In this document: one piece after another, positions 23,315 through 34,759 of the stretch
Layout of the letters: every line of letters starts with the position of its first letter
Position numbering within the stretch: position 1 is the first letter of the stretch
Assembly (NCBI GenBank): GCA_026770705.1
Contig: JANJGN010000034.1
Span: 17,546,001-17,610,000 of the forward strand
Direction: 5' to 3'
Length of the DNA stretch: 64,000 nucleotides
Origin: Isurus oxyrinchus
Taxonomy: Eukaryota
Notes under the pieces: generated by a model
The model's database searches: none
What the model saw: only the letters and a program-made list of their open reading frames with translations
Told to the model about the DNA's origin: nothing
Made by a program: the position numbers and the translations under genes

Positions 23315-24480
23315 AAACTCAGCAGGTCTGACAGCGTCTGTGGAGAGGAAAACAGTTAATGTTTCCAGTCCGAATGAGTCTTCAACAGAGCGATGGAGAA
23401 ATAGAAGAGGTGAAATATAAGCTGGTTTAAGGCGGGGGGGTGGTGGGTGGTGGAGGCGAGAGCAGTGTGGGGGAGGGGGTTGGTGGTGTTGGTTGTAGGG
23501 ACAAGCAGGCAGTGATCGGATCAGATAATCAAAAGATGTCACAGGCAAAAGAAAAAAGAGGTGTTAAAGGTGGTGATATTATCTAAATGAATGTGCTAAT
23601 TAATAATGGATGGCAGGACACACAAGGTACAGCTCTAGTGGGGTTGGGGTGGAATAAGACCAACAGGGCATTAAAGGTATAGATTTAAAAATAATGGAAA
23701 TAGGTGGGAAAAGGAAAATCTATGTAAATTATTGGAAAAAACAGAAAGGGGGTGGGGATGGAGGTGGGAGTTCAAGATCTAAAGTTGTTGAATTCAATAT
23801 TCAGTCCGGAAGGCTGTAAAGTGCCTAGTCGGAAGATGAGGTGTTTTTCCTCCAGATTGCATTGAGCTTCACTGGAACAATGCAGCAGATCAAGGACAGA
23901 CATGTGGGCAAGAGAGCAGGGTGGAGTGTTAAAATGGCAAGCGACAGGGAGGTTTGGGTCATTCTTGTGGACAGACCGCAGGTGTTCTGCAAAGCAGTCA
24001 CCCAGTTTGCGTCTGGTCTCTCCGATGTAGAGGAGACCGCATTGGGAGCAACGAATGCAGTAGACTAAGTTGGGGGAAATGCAAGTAAAAGGCTGTTTCA
24101 TGTGAAAGGAGTATTTGGGTCCTTGGACGGTGAGGAGAGAGGAAGTGAAGGGGCAGGTGGTGCATCTTTTGCGTGGGCATGGGGAGGTGCCATAGGTGGG
24201 GGTTGAGGAGTAGGGAGTGATGGAGGAGTGGACCAGGGTGTCCCGGAGGGAACGATCCCTACGGAATACCGCCAGTGGGGTGAAGGGAAGATGCGTTTGG
24301 TGGTGGCATCATGCTGGAGTTGGCGGAAATGGCGGAGGATGATCCTTTGAAAGCGGAGACGGGTGGGGTGATAAGTGAGGACAAGGGGGACCCTATCATG
24401 TTTCTGGGAGGGAGGAGAAGGCGTGAAGGCGGATGCGTAGGAGATGGGCTGGACACAGCTGAGGGCCCTGTCAACGACCG
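23315..24480 (-). mobile_element. Penelope-like element in unit D intron 1
   Basis: ORFs 23772-24101 and 24098-24574; body and junction shared with 6355-7550. Confidence 0.9.
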
Positions 24481-24700
24481 TGAGTGACCTGTTGAAATGG
24501 GATTCAGCCTCAGTGCGCATGCTCCTCTCCGGGGCCCGGCCCCTTTCTCCAGCTCCCGGGCGCATGCGCGGCACCAGTCAATCTTCACCCGGGGGCAGGC
24601 CATAAACCCGCGCATGCGCCTACCCCGGCCCAGTCCCATTATCAACCTGATCAGGAAGTGAACTTGTTGTAAAGGGGGTAACTGTGTTTTCTTGTTGCAG

Positions 24701-24758
24701 GGACACAACTTACAGAAGCTGCTCCTGCTGCTTCTCAATGTTATTGCTGCTGTTTCAG
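24701..24758 (+). CDS. Unit D exon 2, signal peptide (GHNLQKLLLLLLNVIAAVS)
   Basis: Canonical AG and GTAAGT splice sites. Confidence 0.85.
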
Positions 24759-25730
24759 GTAAGTGCTCTAACTGCTGGAACATTTCAGCAGTGATCAAAG
24801 GGAGGGGGGAATCAGGAATTCATCTTGCTTTAAGGAGCTGTGTGTACTGCAAGTGGAGCCATTGAGGGAGTGGACACAGTAGGTTCACATCACACATCAT
24901 GATCCTGAGAACTGAAAGGAAGGCAGTTAATGTCTTTAGATTAACCCCTGTGATGTAAACTGTGGGACACTGAACAACACTCGGTGACACTGGGATGGGT
25001 GACTGGTATCAAGTGGGCTTGGGATGGGGTCCTGAGCACTGGGATCGGAGTCTGGGACATTCCTGGGATTAAATAGAACTGGGAATTGTTTTGGAACTGG
25101 GAATTGTTTTGGAGTAGGGACTTCAGGACTGGGGAATTGGGCTTTGATTCCTGGGAGTGGGCAGAGTCCACCGATATTGGGGGGGAGGACCAAGGTCTGA
25201 CATGTTAGTGATGGAGGGAGGTAAGGATCCATATTGCCTCAGCCCCTTTCAGACAATCAGGTTCTGCCTCCCCCTACACGGTGCACTCGTCCATCACTGT
25301 TCCCCAATCTGTCCAAAACCACTTCCACATGCTCAGGTACCCCCTCCCCACCCATTCCTGTCTTTATGTTTCAGGGTCAGTTTTCTGTTCCTGTGCTCCA
25401 CCTCACATTGTGCTCCTCCAGCCTGTGATTTTTCTCCCAAGGGGAGGTGAGCAATATCCTGATATGTTCTCCCAGCATGTGTACAAATGAAAAACATGTG
25501 ATTCAAAGTGCTGTCCAGCTGCTCTGTGCTTACAAATCTCCAGCACAAGCTGGTTTTAGTTGAAGGCCCTTAATTCCTGAGCTTTATCCTTCCCACAGAA
25601 ATGAAAGCAGTGAGTTATTGATCAGTGTTCCTTGTAAACTGAGCATCACATTGTAAGCAGGTGAAACTTGGGGTGTATTGTACCAGCAGGGAGGTTATAT
25701 CTGTTGATAAATACTTTCAATCCTTTCCAG

Positions 25731-26075
25731 GTAACTTGCCTGTCCCAGTTTCTGGGTTCCTTGGGGAGCAGGTTGTGCTGCCCTGTACCTACAAAGTGAA
25801 TGTCCCAGTCTCTGATTTACTGGTAGTCTGGGAGACAGCCAAGGGTGAAATTTTACAGAAGTTCATCGCTGAGAACGAGGATTTGACAGAACAAGATCCA
25901 CGATTCAGAAACAGAACAAACCTGTTCAAAGATCAACTGGGACAAGGCAACTGGTCAGTTCTGATCTCTGACCTCAGGGAGTCAGACCAGAACCAGTATA
26001 TATGTGACATTTACAAGAGGATAGCTGTGGGTTATGACTCGGAGCAAACTGATATCATCCATCTTTCTGTGACAG
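25731..26075 (+). CDS. Unit D exon 3, B7/butyrophilin-like IgV domain
   Basis: 345 nt, phase 1-1; Cys/Trp/Cys core intact; 8 nt differences from unit B. Confidence 0.92.
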
Positions 26076-27417
26076 GTGAGAGGTTTCTGCTTCAGGTATT
26101 CTGTATTTAATCTCTGTATGGGTTCGGTAATTCAGTGGTTATGTTACTAGACTAGTAATACAGAGGCCTGGACTAATAATCCAGAGGTTGAGAGTTCAAA
26201 TCCCAGCATGGCACTTCCAGAATTTAAAATCAGTTTATTAAATAAAAATCTGGAAATATAAAGTTAGTTGCAATAAAAGTGACCCTGAAGCTGTTGGATT
26301 GTTGTAAAACCCCAACTGGTTCATGAATGTCCCTTGAGGGAAGGAAACCTGCTGTCCTTACCCAGTCCCACCGTAAACTGGTTGGTTCAGCTGGCCTAGG
26401 AGGTCAGAGGGCAGTTAAAAATGAATTGATATCAAACCATTGGAAAGAAAGAATAGAATAAAACTGAATCATCACTGGCTTCACCCCGGGCATCGAATCA
26501 GGAAACAACACAGACAAACCCAGGCCAGTTGACATTGCAAAGTCCCCTCAGTAACATCTGGGGACTGGTGTCCAAGTTGGGAGAGCTGTCTGGCAGAGTC
26601 ATACTGACAGGATTGACCCTGAATCCCAGTCTCCTCTGTCACCATCCCTGGGTATGTTCTGTCCAACTGGCAGGACAGTCCCACCAGAGATGCAGTATAC
26701 AGTCCGGAGGGAGTAGTCCTGGGGATCCTCAACATTGACTCTGAACCCCATGAAGTCTCACATCTCCAGGTCAAACCTCCTGCTGATTATCACCTACTGC
26801 CTCCCTCAGCTGATGAATCAGTACTCCTCCATGTTGATCACCCCTTGGAGGAAGCAGTGAGGGTGGCAAGGACACAGAATGTACTGAGTGGGGACAACAC
26901 TGTCCATCACCAAGGTATGGGTCAGTAATACCATCACTGACCAAGCTGATGGGGCCCTGAAGGACAGAGCTGTCAAACTGGGTGATGGAAGGAGTTAATG
27001 GAGCTATCAAGCTGCACTCACTCTCCAGCAAAGAGCTCTGTCTGTCTTCAGATGTTGGGGTGCAGGAGGTGGGCCCCATCACACTTCTCAGGTTGCCTTT
27101 CCAAGACCCAGTGTACTTATCTTGATAGTGTATCCCAATATACCCAAGATCCTGTGGGGATTCTCTCCACAGGGGGATGTAGGCTGCTGGGACTGATCCT
27201 GCTCAGGGTAACTCTGGAAAACTTCCATTCTACCCACCACAGTTAATGCAATCCTTTTGGATTTTTCACTCTGCCGACCCTGTTCCTGATCCTTCCCGAT
27301 CAGTTTGATCCGAGTCTCGTTCCTCCCTGGATGTGTTTCCCTAATGCCCGATAGAGTCTTTGAACATTTCTGCAGTTTGTTTCACACACAATACTAAACA
27401 CATGATGTTTTCTTTAG

Positions 27418-27456
27418 AGCGACCTCAAACACCTGTACCGACCACGCCTGTACCAG
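27418..27456 (+). CDS. Unit D exon 4, Pro/Thr stalk (ERPQTPVPTTPVP)
   Basis: 39 nt, canonical splice sites. Confidence 0.75.
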
Positions 27457-28187
27457 GTAAATCTGTTTCTAAACTACTCCATGTATTTTCAGCTCTTACA
27501 TTTGAACATGCTGCAGAGACAGGGAGTAACATTGGAAGGTTTGAAATGCTGTGTGATATTTCACCATAGAATGATTCTGTGAGAGTGAGTGGTGTGGGTC
27601 ACTGTTACCTGTAACTGCCCCTGAAACTACCTGGAATTGTTATTTGTGTTTGAATCTCACCTTCCTGTCTCTCAGATACAAAACTCTGAGGATTCCTGCT
27701 TCCCACTAGCAGTCTGGAATTCTGTGTGGAAAGTGTTGGTACAATTATAACCGAACCCTCCTGTTGGGAAAATGACGGGATTGGGTGTAACACTGATTGA
27801 AGTCAGTGGAGAGTAATATTGACCTAGGTGTAAATCTGTACTATGCCCAGGCCCGTGGTTTTCCTGATCCACAAATTAGTTTAAAATTCCTGCTCTATTG
27901 CAGCGGACTGTTGGGTTTAATTGGAGGGAGTTTGCTGCTGGTCAGTGTCCAGTTATCTCGATTGGAAAGCATGTATCCATCACATTGTGGGACAGTGTGT
28001 GTGTGCAAAGAGCTGTGGGGTGGCCTGGTGTGTATGTGATTATTGGTATCTAACCTTCCTCCAGGACTAGAATTAATCAGAGATCTGTTTGTACTGGGGT
28101 TGGTTGTGAAACACTAGGTGCTGAAGGTCTCTGCTGTTAGTTTTGTTAGTGTGTCCCAGTCTGTTAATGTCTTCAATCTGTCCATAG

Positions 28188-28287
28188 AATCTGGGCTCTC
28201 GACTGGAGCAAGAGTGGGATTGGGAATTGGAATTCTCGTTTTTCTTGCTGCAGTTATTGGTTTTGTCATCCGAAAGTGGCAAAGACG
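28188..28287 (+). CDS. Unit D exon 5, transmembrane
   Basis: 100 nt; VGLGIGILVFLAAVIGFVI followed by RKWQR. Confidence 0.88.
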
Positions 28288-29736
28288 GTGAGTTCTAGAA
28301 TGTTCCACGGCTCCCATTGTTAATTCCAATTTAGTTTTATTACATTTAGTGTTGCGGAAATGTTGTGTACAGTGATACACTTTGAGCTGTGTGGGATGTT
28401 TCAATGCTGCATTATCCAGTCACTTCCAGCTTGTAATCATCCTCTAGCTGCTGAACTGACGATGAGCAGGAATGTGCGGCTCCCTCTATCACACAGTTAA
28501 TAGACACTCGCCGAATCTCTGTACCAAAGAACTCACCAGCCGACATCCAAAGTCCCCTTGTTGCCTCTCCTCTGGTTTTTCTCCACCCTCTGATCCTTGC
28601 TCTGTTCCCCAGTCACTGACTCCATCCCCCTCTGTCAGCTTCAGCTCATCGAAAACTCTGCTGCCCCACATCCTAACTTACCCCAAGTCCTGTTCACCCT
28701 CACACCCTCTGCTCACTCACCTACATTCATCCCCCTGTTCAAACTCCCCGATGGCCTCAGCACCCCCCTACCCCTTTTAACTCCTCCTGGGCCGACAGCC
28801 TTTGAGATGCCTGTGCTCATCTATCTGGCCTCTTGACCATCCCCTGATTTCCATCACTCCATCATTGGCGGCCGTGACGTCAGCTGCCTCGGCCCTAAGC
28901 TCTGGAATTCCCTCCCTAAACCTCTCTTTTTCAGGCACTCTTTAAAACCTACCACCTTTTGATCAAGACTTTGGTCACCTGTCCTAATATCTCCTTATGT
29001 GGCTCACACTTTCCCCTGTTAGGCACCTTTGGACAATAAGGATGCTATATAAATGCAAGTTGTTGCTCAATCTCAGCACCCTGTGACCCGGCCATCTGTG
29101 GTTTCCATCACTGGGACAGCCATCTTGGATTTCCTTGTCTCCTTCAACATCCCTATCTCCCTGCCCACCTCTCGCCCACCCACCGGTGGGGAGGGGAAAT
29201 TATTACAGACACTCTAACCCTGTCCGCTGACTCTCCATCACGATATTTCTGTGTTTGTTGACCTGTTTGGTCACTGCTGGATTGGGCTTGAGCACATCAA
29301 GGAATATCCTGTCCATCTGTGGCTCCTCTCAATCCTTCAGGATCAGTCTGGAGAGTCCGGAGACTCCCAACCTCCTCGTGTCTAATCTGATCCCCATCAT
29401 CTTCAGCTCAGTGTTAACTGAGATCCTCATCAATTCTTCTTCATCTCCAATATTGAGGCGAGCTGGCATTTTTCTATTTGTCTGGTTCCTCAGTCAGCAC
29501 AGCTCCTGTGGAGTGTCCAGCTCTTGCCCATTGCCTCCCCTATGAGCCTCCTCTCCTCTACGCTCTGTGCTCCATCACCGTGCAACTCCTGTGACCCATT
29601 TTCCAGCTGCTATTGGTACCCAGGATGTTGAGTGTAATTTTATTGGTCTGTGCTCCTGAACGGCTCCTTTACACACTTGTCCAAAGTGTTGGATTCTTGT
29701 AATGTCACCTGAACTCTGCTGGTTTTTCTCTCCTAG

Positions 29737-29890
29737 CAATCGACACTTGAATAATCGAAATGAAGCATCTAAGGATGTCCCTTTGACAGGGGTGAGCTGT
29801 CCAGGTGAAGCACGGGGCCTTGTGACAACAGCACCTGAGCATCAGGATGGAGAAGAAAACCTTGTGGGGAACAGGACTGTCCAGCACTGA
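29737..29890 (+). CDS. Unit D exon 6, cytoplasmic tail to stop
   Basis: Same acceptor and frame as unit B; followed by an AT-rich 3'UTR. Confidence 0.72.
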
Positions 29891-30284
29891 CTGAGTTTCC
29901 CCTGCACTGAGCCTGTGTCAGGGTGGGGAAAATCAGCCCAGAATGGATGATTGTTACGTATGCACGTATAACCCTCTGCACTGTGGAGGCTCCCCCCCCT
30001 CATCGCCACCGCTGCCCTGCGGGGCCCAGCAGAGACTATGGGATATATCATAATTGTATTGAAGCACTTCAGAGTGTTAACATGATGTATGGCGATAACA
30101 TGAATAGCTTTGCACTGTCTGACTCTCTGTAATGACCATATTGAAATGTCTGTAATATCGATTCTATTGAAACACCTCATGACCTGTGTGGAAAACTGGA
30201 ATATGATTGCATTTTTTGTGATGACCATTTTGAAATGTCTTTTATAATGTTCTTTCAAATATTTTATGAAGTTATATTGTTCCA

Positions 30285-30290
30285 AATAAA
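30285..30290 (+). terminator. Putative polyadenylation signal of unit D
   Basis: AATAAA about 400 nt after the stop, with T/GT-rich sequence downstream. Confidence 0.55.
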
Positions 30291-30389
30291 AATTTTGTAT
30301 TTCATATCTTCAAAATGAAGTCAAACGGGTCTGTGGGTCTGGATTTTTAATTTCATACATTTCCCAGTTGGAGGGGATTCTGATCCTCC

Positions 30390-30662
30390 AGACAACCCTG
30401 TAATAGAAAAATTTCTCATTTCTGTCTTAAATGGGTAACCTCTTATTTTTAAACCATGAACCCCAAGTTCTAGATTCTCCCACAAGAGGAAACATTCTCT
30501 CCACTTTCACCTTGTCAAGACTCCTCAGGATCTTATTTGTTTCAATCAAGTCACCTCTTACTCTTCGAGTCTGTCCAACCCACCCATTCCAGGTATTGGT
30601 CTGGTAAACCTTCTCTGAACTGCTTCCAACGCATTTACATCCTTCCTTAAATAAGGAGACCG
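30390..30662 (-). mobile_element. Degraded CR1 LINE fragment
   Basis: Resembles the reverse complement of the CR1 3' coding region also seen at 58250-58830. Confidence 0.5.
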
Positions 30663-31164
30663 TTCAGTGCTTCCTTGTGGAGATCACAATTCAGGATTGA
30701 AATCAGAATCACTTCCCACTGATCATGAGTCCTTGTCACCAACTTGTCATCAGTGAGTCTGAGATGATAGTTTCAGAATGTCCAAATCGACAGGAGATCA
30801 GGAAAAGGAACTGACCAATTTGTTATTTTAGGGACATTTATTTATTACACTGAATAAGTTCAATAATATATTGGTACTTACAATTATACTTAGGACACTA
30901 TTAAGTTTGTACAGAAGTTCCCTGCCTTCCATGACCTTTACTGTCATCAGTGTAGAACATGATCTTGGAGAGTTTCCCAGTGCAGCTGCAGCTGGTGGCT
31001 TTGGTTTGGTGGGTGTGGTGGGTGGGATTATGAGGGTCGGGACTCTCACTGGATGAACATCCTGCGCCACCAGCTGCTCTCATTTGGCGGCTCGGGTCAA
31101 TTCTTCCTCAGGACCACCACCCCTGGAATCTGGGAGCGATTGGTGCCTTCTCTCCACCCAGAAA

Positions 31165-31810
31165 CTGAACTAGGCTAGCCATATAAACACTGTGGCTCCA
31201 AGAGCAGGCCAGAGGCTGGGAATCCTGCAGCAAGTAACTCACCTCCTGACTCCCCAAAGTCTGTCCACCATCTACAAGGCACAGGTCAGGAGTCTCTGAT
31301 GGAATAATCTCCACTTGCCCTGGATGAGTTTCGCTCCCACAACACTCAAGAAGCTCGACACCATCCAGGACAAAGCAGCTCGCTTTATTGGCACCCCTTC
31401 CACAAATATTCACTCACTCCACCGCTGACGCACACTTCCAGCAGTATGTACCATCTACAAGATGCAGTAGAGAAACCCACCAAGGCTCTTTAGGCAGCAC
31501 CTTCCAAACCCACCACCACTACCATCTAGAAGGACAAGGGCAGCAGATAGATGGGAAGACCACCACCTGGAAGTTCCCCTCCAAGCCACTCACCATTCTG
31601 ACTTGGAAATCTATCGGCCGTTCCTTCACTGTCAAATCTGGGGTCAAAATCCTGGAGCTCCCTCCCTAACAGCATTGTGGGTGTACCTACACCACATGGA
31701 CTGCAGCAGTTCAAGGAGACAGCTCATCACCACCTTCTAAAGGGGCAATTAGGGATGGGCAATAAATGCTGGGCCAGCCAATGACACCCACATGAATGAA
31801 TTTAAAAAAT
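31165..31810 (+). mobile_element. CR1/L2-type LINE 3' end
   Basis: Homologous (inverted) to 60700-61330; ATGAATGAA-type tail. Confidence 0.8.
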
Positions 31811-33469
31811 CCCACTCCCCTCCCCCACCCTAACGAGTGACCAGTATTGTTCCATGAAAATCCCAAAGTGTCTCAGCCGATGAACACATGGAGGTGTCCA
31901 AAAGGAGGAAATCAGTATTCCAATCTTTATAGAAACTCAGAGCACCCTGTGAATGTTGTTTGAACATAGTGGTTTAATTTATTTTACACACACAACAGAA
32001 CAAAGAAAGTTAGTGAGAATGAGACATTCAGAATAAGCCATTTAACTCACACGTAACTGACGGTCAATAAATAGAGTTTTATAAAAGTTTCTCCCATTCA
32101 CCAGTTGGGGAGCAGTAACACTGTGTTGGTCCGCTGTGATTTTTCTCTGATATCTGTAAAGACTTGGAGAGACATGAACTGGGTGAGGGCCTGGGTAAGG
32201 GGCTTCCAGTCGCCCCACAGGGGAGCTTGTGTCCCTGGGTTACTGGGGTGGAAACACCAGTCAGTGTTTGAGGGTGGGAATGGGCAATGGCAGCAGGAGA
32301 GCAGACCAGGGGATCGCTGTGTTAACACACTGTGGCCTTTGGTATGAATGAACACAGCAAGCTGATTCAGGAGGCCATTCAGAGATGGGGTCCTTCCCCA
32401 GCCTGGGAGAAAGATACAGGAACATGGGAATATATTCCCACATCTAGGAAGAACAGCAGCTAAAAAATTCCAGAGATCCAGACTTGTTCCTGGACACCTC
32501 ATCCACAGGAAACAATTCCCCAAATCCCTTTTAAACAATTTTTGGATTTATATCATTTAAATTGCCCAATATACATTGCATAGTAAACACACTCTTTTCG
32601 TGCTAGAGTTTGTCCTAATGTGTTCAGCAACTCATTTGCCAGGCACCTTCTAGAGCCTCACTCAGTGGATGTAGATGAGCTATTTGGCTATGACAGGCAT
32701 CACAGTTAAGTTTCTTACCCAAGAGAGGCTCTGAGATTTCAACAGGAGTGAATGGAGAGTGATCAGGAGCAGGAAATAAAAGAAATGTACAAAAACATTA
32801 AATATTCCACTAGCCAGATAGATGATAATTTAACAAATACATATGAACAGAGATTCTGGGGTATTTCAGTTTAATCTCACACACAATCCCCCTGTAAACA
32901 TGATAAATAACAATCACCTGTCAGGCAATGTGGACACACCTTATATTTTCCAAGATACTTGATTTTTTAGGTTTATAATACAGAGACGGCTTCAATTATA
33001 TATAAAGTATACACAGATCCACAGGTGCAGCAGTGGAAACCCAGAAACATGTGAGCCTTACAGACACACACGTGAGTAGTGAATGTTATATACAGTAATA
33101 TTTCTCTCTAACTCATTCGCACTCACACACCTCGCTCACACATTCACACATACACACTGCACTCACACACACACACCGCGCTCACGCATTCACACGCCTC
33201 GCTCATGCATTCACACGCACACCGCGCTCACACACACACACACCTTGCTCACACAAACACAGCTCAGCCGCTTGCAGACATGCCCATGGGTGTTAGAACG
33301 GAACAGTTAAGCACAGGGTTGGCACAGGTCAGTTCCAGCGAGGTATCTGATCCCTCTGCTGGCCAGAACCTTCATTTGTGCCTTTTGCTAACCTTTGAGC
33401 GGTTGGCCTGCCCCTGAGGGAATCGGGGGATGGTCAAGAGGCTGGAATTGGAGGAGCGTAGATATCTCG

Positions 33470-33815
33470 GAGGGTTATAGGGACTGAAGGAGGTTACAGA
33501 GATAGGGAGAGTTGCATGGGCTGGAGGAGGTTTCTTCCAGCCCCTACAATCCCCTTACGTCTGTAACCTCCTCCAGCCCCTAAAACCCTCCCTATCTCTG
33601 TAACCTCCTCCAGCCCCAACAACCCTCCCTTTCTCAGTAACCTCCTCCAGCCCCTACAACCCTCCTAATCTCTGTAACATCCTCCAGCCCCTAAAACCCT
33701 CCCAATCTCTGCAACCTCTTCTAGCCCCTACAACGCTCCCTTTCTCAGCAACCTCCTCCAGCCCCTACAACTCTCCCTATCTCTCTAAACTCCTCCAGCC
33801 CCTACAACCCTCGAA
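33470..33815. repeat. 37-bp minisatellite with orientation switch at ~33530
   Basis: About 1.5 direct and 7.5 inverted units. Confidence 0.88.
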
Positions 33816-34229
33816 AATCTCTGCCCTCCTTTCAGCCCCTTGAGCATCCCTCAATTCCCATCGCTCCAACATTGGCGGCCGTGCCTTCAGCTGCCTGGAG
33901 CCCTAAGCTCTGGAATTCCCTCCTTAATTCTCTATTTCCCTTCCTTTCAGATACCCCTTAAAAACATCATTGTCTAAGCTTTGGTCCCTAGTATTTTCTT
34001 AAGTGGCGCTGGATCAACTTTTGACTCATTTCCTATAAACTGATGTGCATAGGGGCATTTTGTTGCGATATTAATGGCGCTATATAAATGCAAGCTTTTT
34101 TTTTGTTGTTCCTGTATTAAAGGGGTTCAGCCATTAGATGGCGGTGCTCAACAAAATTTAAAACTGAGCAGCGCCACCACCAGGTTGGCAAAGGGCGGTA
34201 TTGCAGAGACAACTTCAGCAACTTTCAAA

Positions 34230-34635
34230 CAAAGACTTGCATTTCTCTGGCGCCTTCACCTTCCCAGGATGGCTAAAGCATTTCCAAGCCAATTAATTAC
34301 TTTTCCAAAATTATGTTCGCAGTTGTATTGTAAGAAACGTGGCGGCGAAATTGTGCACAGCAAGCTCCCTCAAACATCAATGTGATAATGACCCAGGTCA
34401 TCAGTTTTTAGTGATGTTGGTTGAGGGATAAATATTGGCCCCAGTACACCGGAGAGACTTTCCCCCAGCTCTTCTTCCAAATAGTGGCCACGGGATCTTT
34501 TACACCCACCAAGGAGGAAGATGGGGACGTCGGTTTAAAATTTCATCTCAAGGCCAGCATCTCCTTCGGCACCGACCCTCCGACAGCGTGGCACCTCCTC
34601 AGTGTCGACCCTCCGACAGCGCGGCACCTCCTTAG
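34230..34635 (-). mobile_element. DeuSINE-like element, uninterrupted
   Basis: Empty-site equivalent of 14610-15925. Confidence 0.7.
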
Positions 34636-34759
34636 TGTTGATGAGAGGGGGGGGGGGTGGGGGGGTGGATGGGGTGGTTTGGACAGGGACCGGGAGGTAG
34701 GGGGCCAATTGGAAAGGGACCAGGGTCTAGGGGTGGGGAGCGGATGCTAAGACAAATGG

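Noticed and set aside
30828-31160. Short ORFs downstream of unit D
   Set aside because: No recognisable motifs or convincing splice sites.
32057-32850. Conserved unique block (copy 19436-20230) as a possible GPCR exon 2 or other coding exon
   Set aside because: The frames I read have stops and no TM4-7 or NPxxY motifs; the similarity is explained by recent duplication.
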